A DNA stretch of 64,000 nt, taken from an uncultured Clostridia bacterium (GTDB taxonomy: Bacteria; Acidobacteriota; Aminicenantia; JBFLYD01; JBBIMS01). Every line of letters starts with the position of its first letter. Position 1 is the stretch's first letter. This document shows positions 40,410 through 49,602 of this stretch, in pieces. The notes under the pieces are model-generated. The model was not told the origin of the DNA. It searched no databases and was given only the letters and a program-made list of their open reading frames with translations. The DNA is taken from positions 8,171 through 72,170 of the forward strand of contig CAZHEF010000002.1 of NCBI GenBank assembly GCA_964531645.1, written 5' to 3'. A program made the position numbers and the translations under genes.

Positions 40410-41168
40410 TCATAGGAGAATTATCTTGCTTCCATTGACATTAACTATTCTCATCTTTATATCATAAACTTTTTCGAGAATTTCTTCGCTAAGAATCTCG
40501 GCAGTCTTTCCATTTCCAACAATTCCTCCATTTTTCATAAAGATCAAATAATCAGAATATTTTACTGCCATATCAAGATTGTGAAGGGTCAAAATTACAG
40601 TTTTTCCTATATTGTTGGAGAGTTCCTTTACAAGCTCCATTATCTCAACTTCATGTTTTGGATCAAGGAAGGAAGTAGGTTCATCCATTAAGAGAATCTC
40701 GGGCTCCTGAACAATTGTTCTTGCTATAAAAGCCAGCCTCCTTTCCCCGCTACTTATCTCAAGGATTCCTCTTCCTTTGTAATCTTTTATTCCAACGAAT
40801 TTTAGAGCCTCCTTCGCCATTTCAATATCTTTTTTGGAAGGTTTTGAAAAAAAAGTTAAATGGGGAGTTCTTCCCATAAGGACAAAATCGAGAATAGAAA
40901 AGTTGAAAATTGATATTTGCTCCTGAGGAACATATCCGATAATTTTTGCTCTCTTACTCCCTTTCATTTCAGAGAGATCCTCACCATTTATGAAAATGGA
41001 GCCCTTTGGGACAGGATTTATCATACCCATACATTTTAAAAGAGTTGATTTCCCTGCACCATTGGGACCAACTATTGATGTTATTTTCGAACTCCCAAAA
41101 TTTAAATCCTTTACCATCAATTTGAAATTTGGATAGGAGAAAGTCAGTTCTTTGATCTTCACTTTCAT
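40410..41168 (-). CDS. ABC transporter ATP-binding protein (iron-siderophore/cobalamin type, FecE/BtuD-like)
   Basis: Walker A GPNGAGKST, signature SGGERR, Walker B LLMDEPTSFLD. Confidence 0.9.
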   Translation of the reverse strand: MKVKIKELTFSYPNFKLMVKDLNFGSSKITSIVGPNGAGKSTLLKCMGMINPVPKGSIFINGEDLSEMKGSKRAKIIGYVPQEQISIFNFSILDFVLMGRTPHLTFFSKPSKKDIEMAKEALKFVGIKDYKGRGILEISSGERRLAFIARTIVQEPEILLMDEPTSFLDPKHEVEIMELVKELSNNIGKTVILTLHNLDMAVKYSDYLIFMKNGGIVGNGKTAEILSEEILEKVYDIKMRIVNVNGSKIILL

Positions 41169-42184
41169 GACCAGAGCTTGCCTGATTTTTTAAGAAAATA
41201 AATAAAGAATGGAATTCCGATTATACTTGTGAATATCCCCACAGGAATCTCAAAACTTGCAATTCCCCTTGAAAAATTATCGGCTATAAGTAGAAAGCTT
41301 GCTCCAATTAATGCTGAAGCTGGAATCACTATTCTGTTGTCAACACCAAAAATCATCCTTGAGATATGAGGTATTATAAGCCCAACCCATCCAATTATTC
41401 CTGCAGAAGATATGGCAGAGGAGGTGGTCAATGTTGTAGCAAGCATTATAAGGAGCTTTTCAAACTTAACATTTATGCCAAGAGCTTTTGCTTCCTCATC
41501 GCCAAAAGAGAGAACATTCATTCTCCATCTGTAAGCAAAAAGAATTGTTATTCCGATCAAGATTAAAGGGAGAGAGTAAGTAACTTCCTTCCATCCTGCA
41601 AGGGAGAAAGAGCCCATAAGCCAGAAGAAGAGGGATTGAAGGGAGTAAGGATTTGCTAAAAACTCAACAAGGGTAAGGAGCGCAGTAAAAAAAGCTGATA
41701 CAATGACTCCGGTCAATAGAAGGGAGATAATGTGTGAACCAGTTCCCTTTGCAATGAGAAGAACTATGGAGAATGCAATAAAAGCAAAAATGAAAGAAGA
41801 TATTTCAACCGGGAAGTCTTTTCCAAAAAATACAATGGAAAGAGATGCGCCGAACGCTGCTCCTGAGGATATCCCGAGAATATATTCATTTACAAGGGGA
41901 TTCCTGAAAAGCGTCTGAAGGGATGCTCCTGAAATAGAAAGGGAAGCACCAACTGTTAAGGCAAGAATTATTCTGGGTAGTCTTATTTCCAAAATTATGT
42001 CTCTGTAAACTTCTGGAACATCGCGATAATTAAATGGAGAGAATATTGACAGAAAAGTCCGGATAATATCTTTAAAACCAATGGGATAGGAGCCAATAAA
42101 AATAGAAATAGCAGAAATCAGAAAAGGTAATAGAATTATAAACATAAACAATATTCTTCTTTTCTTATTCAATTTTCCATTCAT
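41165..42184 (-). CDS. ABC transporter permease, FecCD/BtuC family
   Basis: 339 aa, ~9-10 TM helices with the FecCD-type conserved glycine-rich region. Overlaps flanking genes by 4 and 20 nt. Confidence 0.85.
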   Translation of the reverse strand: MNGKLNKKRRILFMFIILLPFLISAISIFIGSYPIGFKDIIRTFLSIFSPFNYRDVPEVYRDIILEIRLPRIILALTVGASLSISGASLQTLFRNPLVNEYILGISSGAAFGASLSIVFFGKDFPVEISSFIFAFIAFSIVLLIAKGTGSHIISLLLTGVIVSAFFTALLTLVEFLANPYSLQSLFFWLMGSFSLAGWKEVTYSLPLILIGITILFAYRWRMNVLSFGDEEAKALGINVKFEKLLIMLATTLTTSSAISSAGIIGWVGLIIPHISRMIFGVDNRIVIPASALIGASFLLIADNFSRGIASFEIPVGIFTSIIGIPFFIYFLKKSGKLWS

Positions 42185-43199
42185 TGCATTTCAGCCTTTC
42201 AAACAAAATTTCAAAGGCTATCTCAGAGTTGTAGAACTTTGTGAAAATCTCTTTCCCTTCTTCCGTCAGGTCAATGTCTGAAAATTTCAAAGGATGGAAA
42301 ATTTTCGATAGGTATATAGTTTCAAAAAGAACCTGTGCGGGATCCCACCAGAACCAGAAGCCAAAAGTATAATATACCTTCCTTCTTTTAATTGCTTCCA
42401 CAGAGCTCAGCCTTCCATCAGAAAGAATACTTTCAACAGTCACCACTCGTTCTTCAGGAAGATAATTTCCATGAATCAAAATTATATCGGGATTCCATTT
42501 AATGATATTTTCAAGATTGACTACAGTTCCAACAGTTCCTTTATATGGAGGTAAAAGTTCTTCCGCAACATTAATTCCTCCTGCAACATTTACAGGCTCA
42601 TAATGGACAGGTGTTCGTGTAAAGGATGACCAGAAGGATAAATATACCCTCGGTCTCTCGTCTTTTTCTAAAATTTTATTTTTTAAGAAATTAATTTTTG
42701 AATCAAAATAATCAATAAGTTCAGAAGCTCTTTCTTCCTTATCGGTAATAACTGATAGAAGCTTAATCTCTTCTTTTAGTTTTTCAAAACTTCCCATTGA
42801 TGAAAGGGCTAACACAGGAGTTTTTGTATATTTTTCTATTCTATCTATAATCCAAGAATCTGTTGGCGATACGAAAATTATGTCGGGTTTAAGCTTTATA
42901 ATGAACTCAAGATTTATGTCTGAACCTGAACGGGAAACAAGAGGAAGGTTTTTGCCTTCTGGAAAGACTGTAGAAAATATAAGGTCGTGATTATGGACAA
43001 AGTAATCTTTGCCAACAATTTTCATGCCACATCCAAGAGAAATAATAATTCGTGTTATCTCTGGCTGTAATGAGATTATTCTTTCTACTTTGTATGGAAC
43101 TTTCACAACCCTTTCAAGGTCATCTTTTACTTCAAATTCAGTTGCAAATGTTACGGATAAGAAGATATTGAGAAGAACAAAAAATTTCAAAATTCTCAT
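42165..43199 (-). CDS. Periplasmic substrate-binding protein, BtuF/FhuD-like (class III SBP), copy 2
   Basis: Signal peptide. Class III periplasmic-binding-protein layout (two Rossmann-like lobes, long linker helix). KPDIIFVS motif. Confidence 0.75.
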   Translation of the reverse strand: MRILKFFVLLNIFLSVTFATEFEVKDDLERVVKVPYKVERIISLQPEITRIIISLGCGMKIVGKDYFVHNHDLIFSTVFPEGKNLPLVSRSGSDINLEFIIKLKPDIIFVSPTDSWIIDRIEKYTKTPVLALSSMGSFEKLKEEIKLLSVITDKEERASELIDYFDSKINFLKNKILEKDERPRVYLSFWSSFTRTPVHYEPVNVAGGINVAEELLPPYKGTVGTVVNLENIIKWNPDIILIHGNYLPEERVVTVESILSDGRLSSVEAIKRRKVYYTFGFWFWWDPAQVLFETIYLSKIFHPLKFSDIDLTEEGKEIFTKFYNSEIAFEILFERLKCNEWKIE

Positions 43200-44134
43200 T
43201 TATTATTATAAGTCATATGTTGCATGGAAGCACTCCTTGTATGAACAAGTTTATAAATTTCTTCAAGAGCTTCAACAATCCTTGGACCGTGTCTTTCAAC
43301 TATGTCAACATTCAAGCTAAAAATAGTGTTGTTTTTTACAGCATTTACCACTGTAATTCCTGGTAGGGAAAGAAGAAAATTTTTTGTTGCCAGAAAATCT
43401 TTTACATTTCTTGAAAGAACTATAATTAAATCAGGATTCTTGCTTATCAGCGTTTCAATGTTAATTTCAAACCATCCCTCTTTAAAATCCGCAATATTTT
43501 CACCACCTGCCTTTAAAATTAAATCGTTTATGTAAGTTTTCCCTCCGCATGTCCATAGACCATCTCCTCCAAGTTTAAGGAAAATCTTTTTTTTAATTTT
43601 TCCCCTCTTTGCTTTCTTTTCAATCTCTCCTACTTTCTTTTCAAGTTCAAAAATCTTTTCCCTTGCAGTGTTAAAATTTCCTGTTACAATTGATATTTTT
43701 TCCATTACATAGAATATATCTTCCAATTTATCTCCAGTATCAATCGCAAAGACTCTTATTCCAAGAGTCTTTAATTTTTCTATTACATGAAGGGGATTTC
43801 CCCTTGTTGCAATTACTATGTCAGGTTTAATTCTTATTATTTTTTCAATATCAATATCAATTATTCCTCCAATCCTTTCTTTATTCTTTGCTTCCTCAGG
43901 ATAATTACAGTATCTTGTCACTCCGATAACTCTATCTCCCGCACTCACAAAAAATAGAATCTCGGTTATTGCAGGAGAAAGAGAGACAATCTTTTTTGGA
44001 GGGATTCTGAATTCAAAGGGCTCTCCAAGGGAATCTTTTACTAATATTTTCTCCTGGGATAGAAGAACCAGATTTAAAAGGGCAATAAATAAAACTTTTA
44101 AAAAATTGAGGGAAGAGAGGCTTTTCCTTATCAT
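43196..44134 (-). CDS. Periplasmic substrate-binding protein, BtuF/FhuD-like (class III SBP), copy 1
   Basis: Signal peptide. KPDIVIATRGNP motif typical of cobalamin/siderophore-binding proteins. Confidence 0.75.
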   Translation of the reverse strand: MIRKSLSSLNFLKVLFIALLNLVLLSQEKILVKDSLGEPFEFRIPPKKIVSLSPAITEILFFVSAGDRVIGVTRYCNYPEEAKNKERIGGIIDIDIEKIIRIKPDIVIATRGNPLHVIEKLKTLGIRVFAIDTGDKLEDIFYVMEKISIVTGNFNTAREKIFELEKKVGEIEKKAKRGKIKKKIFLKLGGDGLWTCGGKTYINDLILKAGGENIADFKEGWFEINIETLISKNPDLIIVLSRNVKDFLATKNFLLSLPGITVVNAVKNNTIFSLNVDIVERHGPRIVEALEEIYKLVHTRSASMQHMTYNNK

Positions 44135-45939
44135 CTCACTTCAAGATTGACAAGAACACTTCTATCAGGAGAGGGATACCCGTAGATTTCTTGTATTTTC
44201 CTGTTAAAGAGATTATGAACTGAAAGGGAGAGGGAAAAATGATTGTTAAATTTAAATCTCAAATTCAAATTTGTCCTATCAAAAGATGGATTTTCTACAT
44301 ATTGGTAGGAAAGTTCATCAATATCTCTTCTCTCCCCCCTTATTTCGTGGAAGATGTAAACACTCAGTCTATCAATTGGTGTCCAGTTTATACGGGCTGA
44401 GAATGAATTTTTTGGTCTCCGGAGGAGGGATTGCCCATTTTGGTCCTCAGTTTTTAGATAGGTATAGGAAGATTCAAAGGAAAAGTTCCTAAACGGAATG
44501 AGAGATATTGTAAATTCTGCACCTCTTGATTTTGCTGATTTCAAATTTGTCGTCTTAAAAGTGTTATAGTCAAAAGAGATAAGTTCAGAATATTTATTAT
44601 CAAAATAGACAATGTTCCAGAGAAATTTTCCGTCAAATAAAGACTGGTCAAAGCCAGCTTCCCATCCTTTGCTTTTTTCAGGCTTTAAATCTTTGTTCCC
44701 GAAAGGTCCTGCAAACTCAAGGGGTGTTGGTGCTCTGAATCCTTCTCCCCAGGACAATCTAAACTTCAAATTCTTCGGCAAAAGGAAAGAGCCAGCAATT
44801 CTTGGACTGATATGTCTTCCATACTGGCTGTTCCATCCAGCTCTTATCCCACCATTGATAACAATATTTTTTGTCGGTTTCCATATATCACTGAGGAAAA
44901 GAGCCCTTTCATTTACCCTTTCCCAGTTTAAGTTAACACCCCATGAGTCTTCATCAAAGACCTTTGAAATCATTCCTTCGAAACCCCAGAAAAGAGTATT
45001 AGTTTCAAAAAGAGGTGTTTTCCCTGAAATATTCAATCTTCCAACCTTTGACTGTGTTGAGGATTTTGTATAGCCCCACGGGTCTTCAGGGTCGCTGAAA
45101 TTATACTTTCTGTCAAGGAATGAAAAATCTATTGCCAGCTCCGTCGATTTAATTTTCAATTTAAAAGGGATGTGGAAAATATCCTGGAAGCTCTTATCTC
45201 TTCTTTTTAGAGACGGCAATCCCATATTAAAGGGTATTCCTACTTCAGAATTGTTTCTTCTCCAGAAAAGGGAAAGCTCTCCACTCCCGAAATTCCTTCC
45301 CCATCTGATGGAAATCTCCCTTGATTTAAAATCATCATTTTCAAAATTTCCATTTGTTGAGAAATAATTGAAGGAAGAGCCAAGAATGAATTTATAGATT
45401 TCAGAAGTTCCATAAATAGATGAATTTACTGTTCTATCCGAGCCATAACCTAACTCTCCACTAAAACCTTTGCTTTTCTTTGTGATTATATTTATCACCC
45501 CTCCAATAGCATTTGTTCCCCATATCGCACTCTGAGGTCCTTTCAAAATCTCAATCCTTTCCACCGATTGAAGGGGAATTTTTGATAAATCAAAGGAATA
45601 GGAGGAAGGCTCATTTAAAGGAACTCCATCCAGTAAGATAAGGGTATGATTTGTGTTGGAACCTCTTAAAAAAACAGATGAGAGATGACCCTTTGAACCT
45701 GTCCGAGCAATTTCTAAGCCTGAAACACTCCTTAAAACTTCGTCGAGAGATTTGAATCCACCAGATAGAATCTCTTTCTCATCGATAATTTTTACTGTAA
45801 ATGGAACATCAGCTATAAGTTCCTCGAAACGATGGGCAGTTACAAAGACATACTCATGAATTCTCTCTTCTTCCACCTGTGCGAGGGCTGAAGTAAAGAG
45901 AGAAAAGATTGAAAGAAAAAGGATTAAATAGAAACGCAT
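44131..45939 (-). CDS. TonB-dependent outer-membrane receptor (BtuB-like)
   Basis: Signal peptide and plug domain (FTVKIID...SLDEVLRSVSGLEIARTGSKGHLSSVFLRGSNTNHTLILLDGVPLNE) followed by a 22-strand barrel region. Sits directly downstream of the cobalamin riboswitch. Confidence 0.85.
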   Translation of the reverse strand: MRFYLILFLSIFSLFTSALAQVEEERIHEYVFVTAHRFEELIADVPFTVKIIDEKEILSGGFKSLDEVLRSVSGLEIARTGSKGHLSSVFLRGSNTNHTLILLDGVPLNEPSSYSFDLSKIPLQSVERIEILKGPQSAIWGTNAIGGVINIITKKSKGFSGELGYGSDRTVNSSIYGTSEIYKFILGSSFNYFSTNGNFENDDFKSREISIRWGRNFGSGELSLFWRRNNSEVGIPFNMGLPSLKRRDKSFQDIFHIPFKLKIKSTELAIDFSFLDRKYNFSDPEDPWGYTKSSTQSKVGRLNISGKTPLFETNTLFWGFEGMISKVFDEDSWGVNLNWERVNERALFLSDIWKPTKNIVINGGIRAGWNSQYGRHISPRIAGSFLLPKNLKFRLSWGEGFRAPTPLEFAGPFGNKDLKPEKSKGWEAGFDQSLFDGKFLWNIVYFDNKYSELISFDYNTFKTTNLKSAKSRGAEFTISLIPFRNFSFESSYTYLKTEDQNGQSLLRRPKNSFSARINWTPIDRLSVYIFHEIRGERRDIDELSYQYVENPSFDRTNLNLRFKFNNHFSLSLSVHNLFNRKIQEIYGYPSPDRSVLVNLEVR

Positions 45940-46020
45940 CTCAAAACCTCCTTAAAATTGTAATTTCTGCCACCAAGCCCTCGCTTTCTCTTTTAATTTT
46001 TTTTCTCATCATCACCATCC

Positions 46021-46050
46021 TTATATAACAAAAAAACCTGACCCTCTTCG
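46021..46050 (-). terminator. Intrinsic terminator (CCUGACC-GAAGAG-GGUCAGG + U7) forming the expression platform of the cobalamin riboswitch
   Basis: Minus-strand sequence GCCTGACCGAAGAGGGTCAGGTTTTTTT is a perfect 7-bp stem with a 6-nt loop and a U-tract. It lies between the aptamer and the TonB-receptor start codon. Confidence 0.7.
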
Positions 46051-46084
46051 GTCAGGCTTAAGCCCCTCTTCCCTCCGAAGACGG

Positions 46085-46250
46085 CTTCTTATGAGGTGTA
46101 AGTAGGTCTCCTGACTCTCGGATCATCCCCTACCACGCCTTCCCATCCATCACCATTTATGGCTCAGGACAGTGGCATTTTGTGGGAGAGTCCCCGATTA
46201 CAGTAGCGGGGGCTGTGGTGGCTTTGACCACGCTTCCCTTAACTTACACC
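46085..46250 (-). ncRNA. Cobalamin (B12/AdoCbl) riboswitch aptamer
   Basis: The minus-strand transcript contains the conserved core GGUG-AAGUUAAGGGAAGCGUGGU...CCACAGCCCCCGCUACUGUAA and the B12 box AAUGCCACUG. A P1 helix is formed by GAGGUGUAAGU (5') and ACUUACACCUC (3'). It sits in the leader of a btuB-like receptor operon. Confidence 0.8.
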
Positions 46251-46315
46251 TCGATCGTTTTCACTATCTCATTTCCTTTGCCTCCAAAATTCAATTTTAA
46301 AAAAATTGTGAAAAA

Positions 46316-46684
46316 TTGTCAAGAAATCGAATTGCATCATTAATTTTCTATATGAAATCCATTCGTTGCATCTTGAGAAATTCTATTCCAAATTTTTACT
46401 GCCTAAGGTATCAAAAGGCAGAGAAGATAAAGGTCATCGAAGAGTTCATCAATCTCACAGGCTACAACCGTTTCTATGCCTCGTGGCTTCTTAGAAACTA
46501 CGGAAGAAAGGTTGTGATGCATAGAAAGAGCAAAGAGAACATAATTTTTGTTGGAGAGATTGTGAAGATAAAGAGGAAGCGTAAGAGGATCTATGATGAA
46601 GAGGTGAAAAAGGCATTGGAGGCGATAGGGAAGATGAAGGCGGAGGAAAGAGAATTTCATGTAGAATCTAAGGTGATGCAATGA
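46316..46684 (+). pseudogene. Truncated transposase (N-terminal HTH fragment only, 122 aa; DDE domain missing)
   Basis: EEFINLTGYNRFYASWLLRNYGRKV ... RKRKRIYDEEVKKALEAI resembles the conserved N-terminal region of ISNCY/IS1202-type transposases. The ORF terminates inside the right terminal repeat. Confidence 0.5.
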
Positions 46685-46722
46685 ATATAATTTCATATAG
46701 ATCTTTATATGATGCAATTAGC
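46317..46722. mobile_element. IS remnant (~400 bp) with imperfect terminal inverted repeats, carrying a truncated transposase N-terminus; longer copy of the repeat at 17039..17268
   Basis: Ends match the 17 kb copy (ATTAATTTTCTATATGAAATC ... GAATATAATTTCATATAGATCTTTATATGATGCA). The internal 122-codon ORF is transposase-like. Confidence 0.6.
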
Positions 46723-46745
46723 TTGTTTCTCCTTTCAGAAGGGAA

Positions 46746-48530
46746 TCACTTCTTTAAAATAAATTCTGAATATTTAAGAATCTCAAGATATTTATTTGCA
46801 CCTGAGAGCTCCTTTTGGGAACATTGATTGAGGCATCTGGAAAAACCTTTGTCGAGGAAGCCCCAGAAAACATTTTCTTTCTTTACAAGAACAATAGGAT
46901 TCCTGTGAATGAGAGCAAAACCTTCTTCCTTTCCAGAGAGTAGATTCCTTCCAAGAAGAATTGCATCAGATTTAAGTCCAAGAATTGATAAAATTGTAGG
47001 AGTTATGTCCACATGACTTGCTGGTTCATCTACTATACCCCCATCTGAATCAGGAATGAAAATTATAAGGGGAACTTTGTTTTTTATTGCTCGATTTATT
47101 ACTCCAATTTCCCCTTCCTTACTTTCCTGGATTGTCATTGTGTGATCGCCAAAAAGAATAAAAATTGTATTTTTAATAAATGAGTTTTTTGATAGCTCTT
47201 CGAGGAAGGCTTTAAAAGCTCTATCCACATAATTGAAGATTTGACAATATTTTTGAGTAGTTTCGTCAATAGATGGATTCTCTATTTTTAGATCAGGTTT
47301 CTCACCTTTTGGAAAGTCAAAGGGAGTGTGGGAGGAGAGGTTTACAATGTAGGCGAAAAATGGTTGTGAGGAATTTTTTATAACCTCTGCACATTCCATG
47401 AAGAATGGATAATCATCAGTTCCTCTATGTTTTCTTTCATAGGAGTTGAAATAATCTGCAAAATAAAGTCTGTCGAATCCGAATATTCTCATTACCGTGC
47501 TTCTTCTATAAAAGTCTCCCCTGTTGGCATGGAAAAACATTGTTCTATATCCATGATTTTTTAAAAATCGGGGAAGGGTAAAGGGAATTTTGTTGGCATA
47601 TTTTATTGCATAAGGAGAATTAGAACCTGGGTAAAGGGAGGAAAGGGTAGAAAGTTCAACATCAAGAGTTCCACTACATGCGAGAGCCTGAGAATAAAAG
47701 TTTTTAAAATAAATTCCCTTTTCAGAAAGTCTGTTGAGGGTTGGGGTTATTTCTTGCCCATCTATCTTTTTCCCAATTATTTCAGATCCCAATGATTCAA
47801 ATTCGACAATTATAATGTTCCATAGCTTCTTACCAATTTTAAATTTAGCATCCAATTCTTGGTTTGAAATTAACTCAGAAGGAAAAGGGGATTGAGTAAA
47901 ATCTATCTTTTCCTTTTTAATTGCCTCCTGAAAGATATTTAAAATGTAGAAATTGTGGATACTCATTGAGTTGAATAACATTGAGGAACCATATCTGAAA
48001 GTTATAACATAGGGAAGGGTTTTGTGAAGAAGGAGAAGGTTTATTGCGGAGAGAGATATTCCAATTAAAAGAGAAAGAACAGCCAATATCCAGCACCTTT
48101 TTAAAAAAAGTTTTATTTTTTTAACAAGAAATATTGAAATAGGAATTAAAAAAGGTAGGTCAATAAAGACTAAAATGTCTTTAAATTTTACTATATTTAC
48201 AATGTTTTTCCACGTAAAGGGAATGTTTTGTGCAAGAGAGAAAACATCAAAAGTTATGTAGTCTCTAAAATATCTATAATAAATGCGATTTGAGAATAGC
48301 ATCAATGAGTCAAATATATTTATAAGAAGAAAGAAAGAGAGAGCTAAAATCAGGGATTTTGAAAGGAGGAGAAGAGAAATGAGAATAAAAAATAATCCCG
48401 CATAGTCAATCCAGAGGGTTCCAATTCCGTCCTTAATTCTTACTGAAAGAAAAAAGTTTTTGAGAAATAGAATCGATGTAAGAATTAAAACAAAAAATAC
48501 AGAATAAAGATAGTCCCTTTGCGATTTCAT
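46746..48530 (-). CDS. LTA-synthase/sulfatase-like membrane protein (alkaline-phosphatase superfamily, N-terminal polytopic TM + periplasmic catalytic domain)
   Basis: 594 aa. Five N-terminal TM helices, then a sulfatase-like domain (IIVEFESLG metal-binding segment, GDH...HTPF). Confidence 0.7.
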   Translation of the reverse strand: MKSQRDYLYSVFFVLILTSILFLKNFFLSVRIKDGIGTLWIDYAGLFFILISLLLLSKSLILALSFFLLINIFDSLMLFSNRIYYRYFRDYITFDVFSLAQNIPFTWKNIVNIVKFKDILVFIDLPFLIPISIFLVKKIKLFLKRCWILAVLSLLIGISLSAINLLLLHKTLPYVITFRYGSSMLFNSMSIHNFYILNIFQEAIKKEKIDFTQSPFPSELISNQELDAKFKIGKKLWNIIIVEFESLGSEIIGKKIDGQEITPTLNRLSEKGIYFKNFYSQALACSGTLDVELSTLSSLYPGSNSPYAIKYANKIPFTLPRFLKNHGYRTMFFHANRGDFYRRSTVMRIFGFDRLYFADYFNSYERKHRGTDDYPFFMECAEVIKNSSQPFFAYIVNLSSHTPFDFPKGEKPDLKIENPSIDETTQKYCQIFNYVDRAFKAFLEELSKNSFIKNTIFILFGDHTMTIQESKEGEIGVINRAIKNKVPLIIFIPDSDGGIVDEPASHVDITPTILSILGLKSDAILLGRNLLSGKEEGFALIHRNPIVLVKKENVFWGFLDKGFSRCLNQCSQKELSGANKYLEILKYSEFILKK

Positions 48531-48955
48531 TTTTTCAATGAGAAGTCGCTCTTTCCTCCTTTCTTTTCAAGGAGTTTTATGGAGCTTATAACCATGGATG
48601 TGTCGATTGGTTTTAGCATATCGTATACTGTAAGAGCTGAGATTGCTACAGAAAGGAGGGCTTCCATCTCAACCCCTGTTTTCCAGAAAGCCTTAATTTC
48701 TGACCTTATGTGAATTTCATTTTCTTTAAGCTCAATTTCTATATTTACCCAGTCAACGGGAACAGGGTGGCAGTATGGGATAATTTCAGATGTTTTCTTT
48801 GCTGAAAGGATACCAGCAATTTTTGCTACCTCAACAGGATTTCCTTTTGGGCTCCTTCCTTCTTTTATTGCTTTTATTGTTTCTTCTTTTACCTTTACAA
48901 TCGCTTCCGCAATGGCACTCCTTTTTGTGCTATTTTTTTCGCTTACATCTCGCAT
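48527..48955 (-). CDS. moaC: Cyclic pyranopterin monophosphate synthase accessory protein
   Basis: Near-canonical MoaC blocks: AKIAGILSAKKTSEIIPYCHP, KTGVEMEALLSVAISALTVYDM, KSGGKS. Confidence 0.85.
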   Translation of the reverse strand: MRDVSEKNSTKRSAIAEAIVKVKEETIKAIKEGRSPKGNPVEVAKIAGILSAKKTSEIIPYCHPVPVDWVNIEIELKENEIHIRSEIKAFWKTGVEMEALLSVAISALTVYDMLKPIDTSMVISSIKLLEKKGGKSDFSLKK

Positions 48956-48969
48956 GACTAAATTTTACA

Positions 48970-49581
48970 CTATTTTAATATCTGCTCCAATCTTTTTAAA
49001 ACCTCGTTCCAGTTAACAATGTTCCAGAATGCTTCAAGGAATTTAGCCCTGTCGTTTTTGTAGTCAATGTAGTAGGCGTGTTCAAAAACATCCACAATCA
49101 TTAAAATTCTGAACATGGGATATACATTTACATTATGTTTTTCAATTTGCATAATAATCGGTCTCTGGGTAAGTTTGCAATAACTCAAAGCTGACCAACC
49201 AGAGCCCTCGACACTCAATGCAGACTGGGTGAATTCCTTTTTGAATCTTTCAAAGCTTCCAAACTCCTTTTCAAGGGTCTGGAGGAGCACTCCATCAGGT
49301 GAACCTCCTTTTCCTGCGGGAGCAAGATTTCCCCAGAATAAAGAATGAAAGACATGTCCGCCAATGTTAAAGGAAAGATCTTTTAATGTTCCTTTCATAT
49401 CAATTTCCAATCCTTCTTTTCTTGCTTTTTCAAGTTTTTGGAGAATTGAATTGGCTCCATTAACATATGCCTGATGATGCTTCTGATGATGTATTTTTAC
49501 CTGCTCTTCCGAAAGGTATGGTTCAAGCTCTTTGTAGTCAAAATGAATTTTCGGTAGCTCATAATATTTTTTCTCCTCCAT
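48970..49581 (-). CDS. Fe/Mn superoxide dismutase
   Basis: HHQKHHQAY (metal-binding His pair), WGNLAP and the C-terminal D-x-W-E-H-A-Y-Y motif. Confidence 0.9.
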   Translation of the reverse strand: MEEKKYYELPKIHFDYKELEPYLSEEQVKIHHQKHHQAYVNGANSILQKLEKARKEGLEIDMKGTLKDLSFNIGGHVFHSLFWGNLAPAGKGGSPDGVLLQTLEKEFGSFERFKKEFTQSALSVEGSGWSALSYCKLTQRPIIMQIEKHNVNVYPMFRILMIVDVFEHAYYIDYKNDRAKFLEAFWNIVNWNEVLKRLEQILK

Positions 49582-49602
49582 TTCATAACCTCCTTAAAAT
49601 TT

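Noticed and set aside
45960-46260. Structured GC-rich leader initially considered as RNase P/SRP-like RNA on the plus strand
   Set aside because: Reverse-complement reading reveals the B12 box (GCCACUG) and the cobalamin aptamer core. The orientation matches the downstream btuB-like operon, so the riboswitch interpretation explains the structure.
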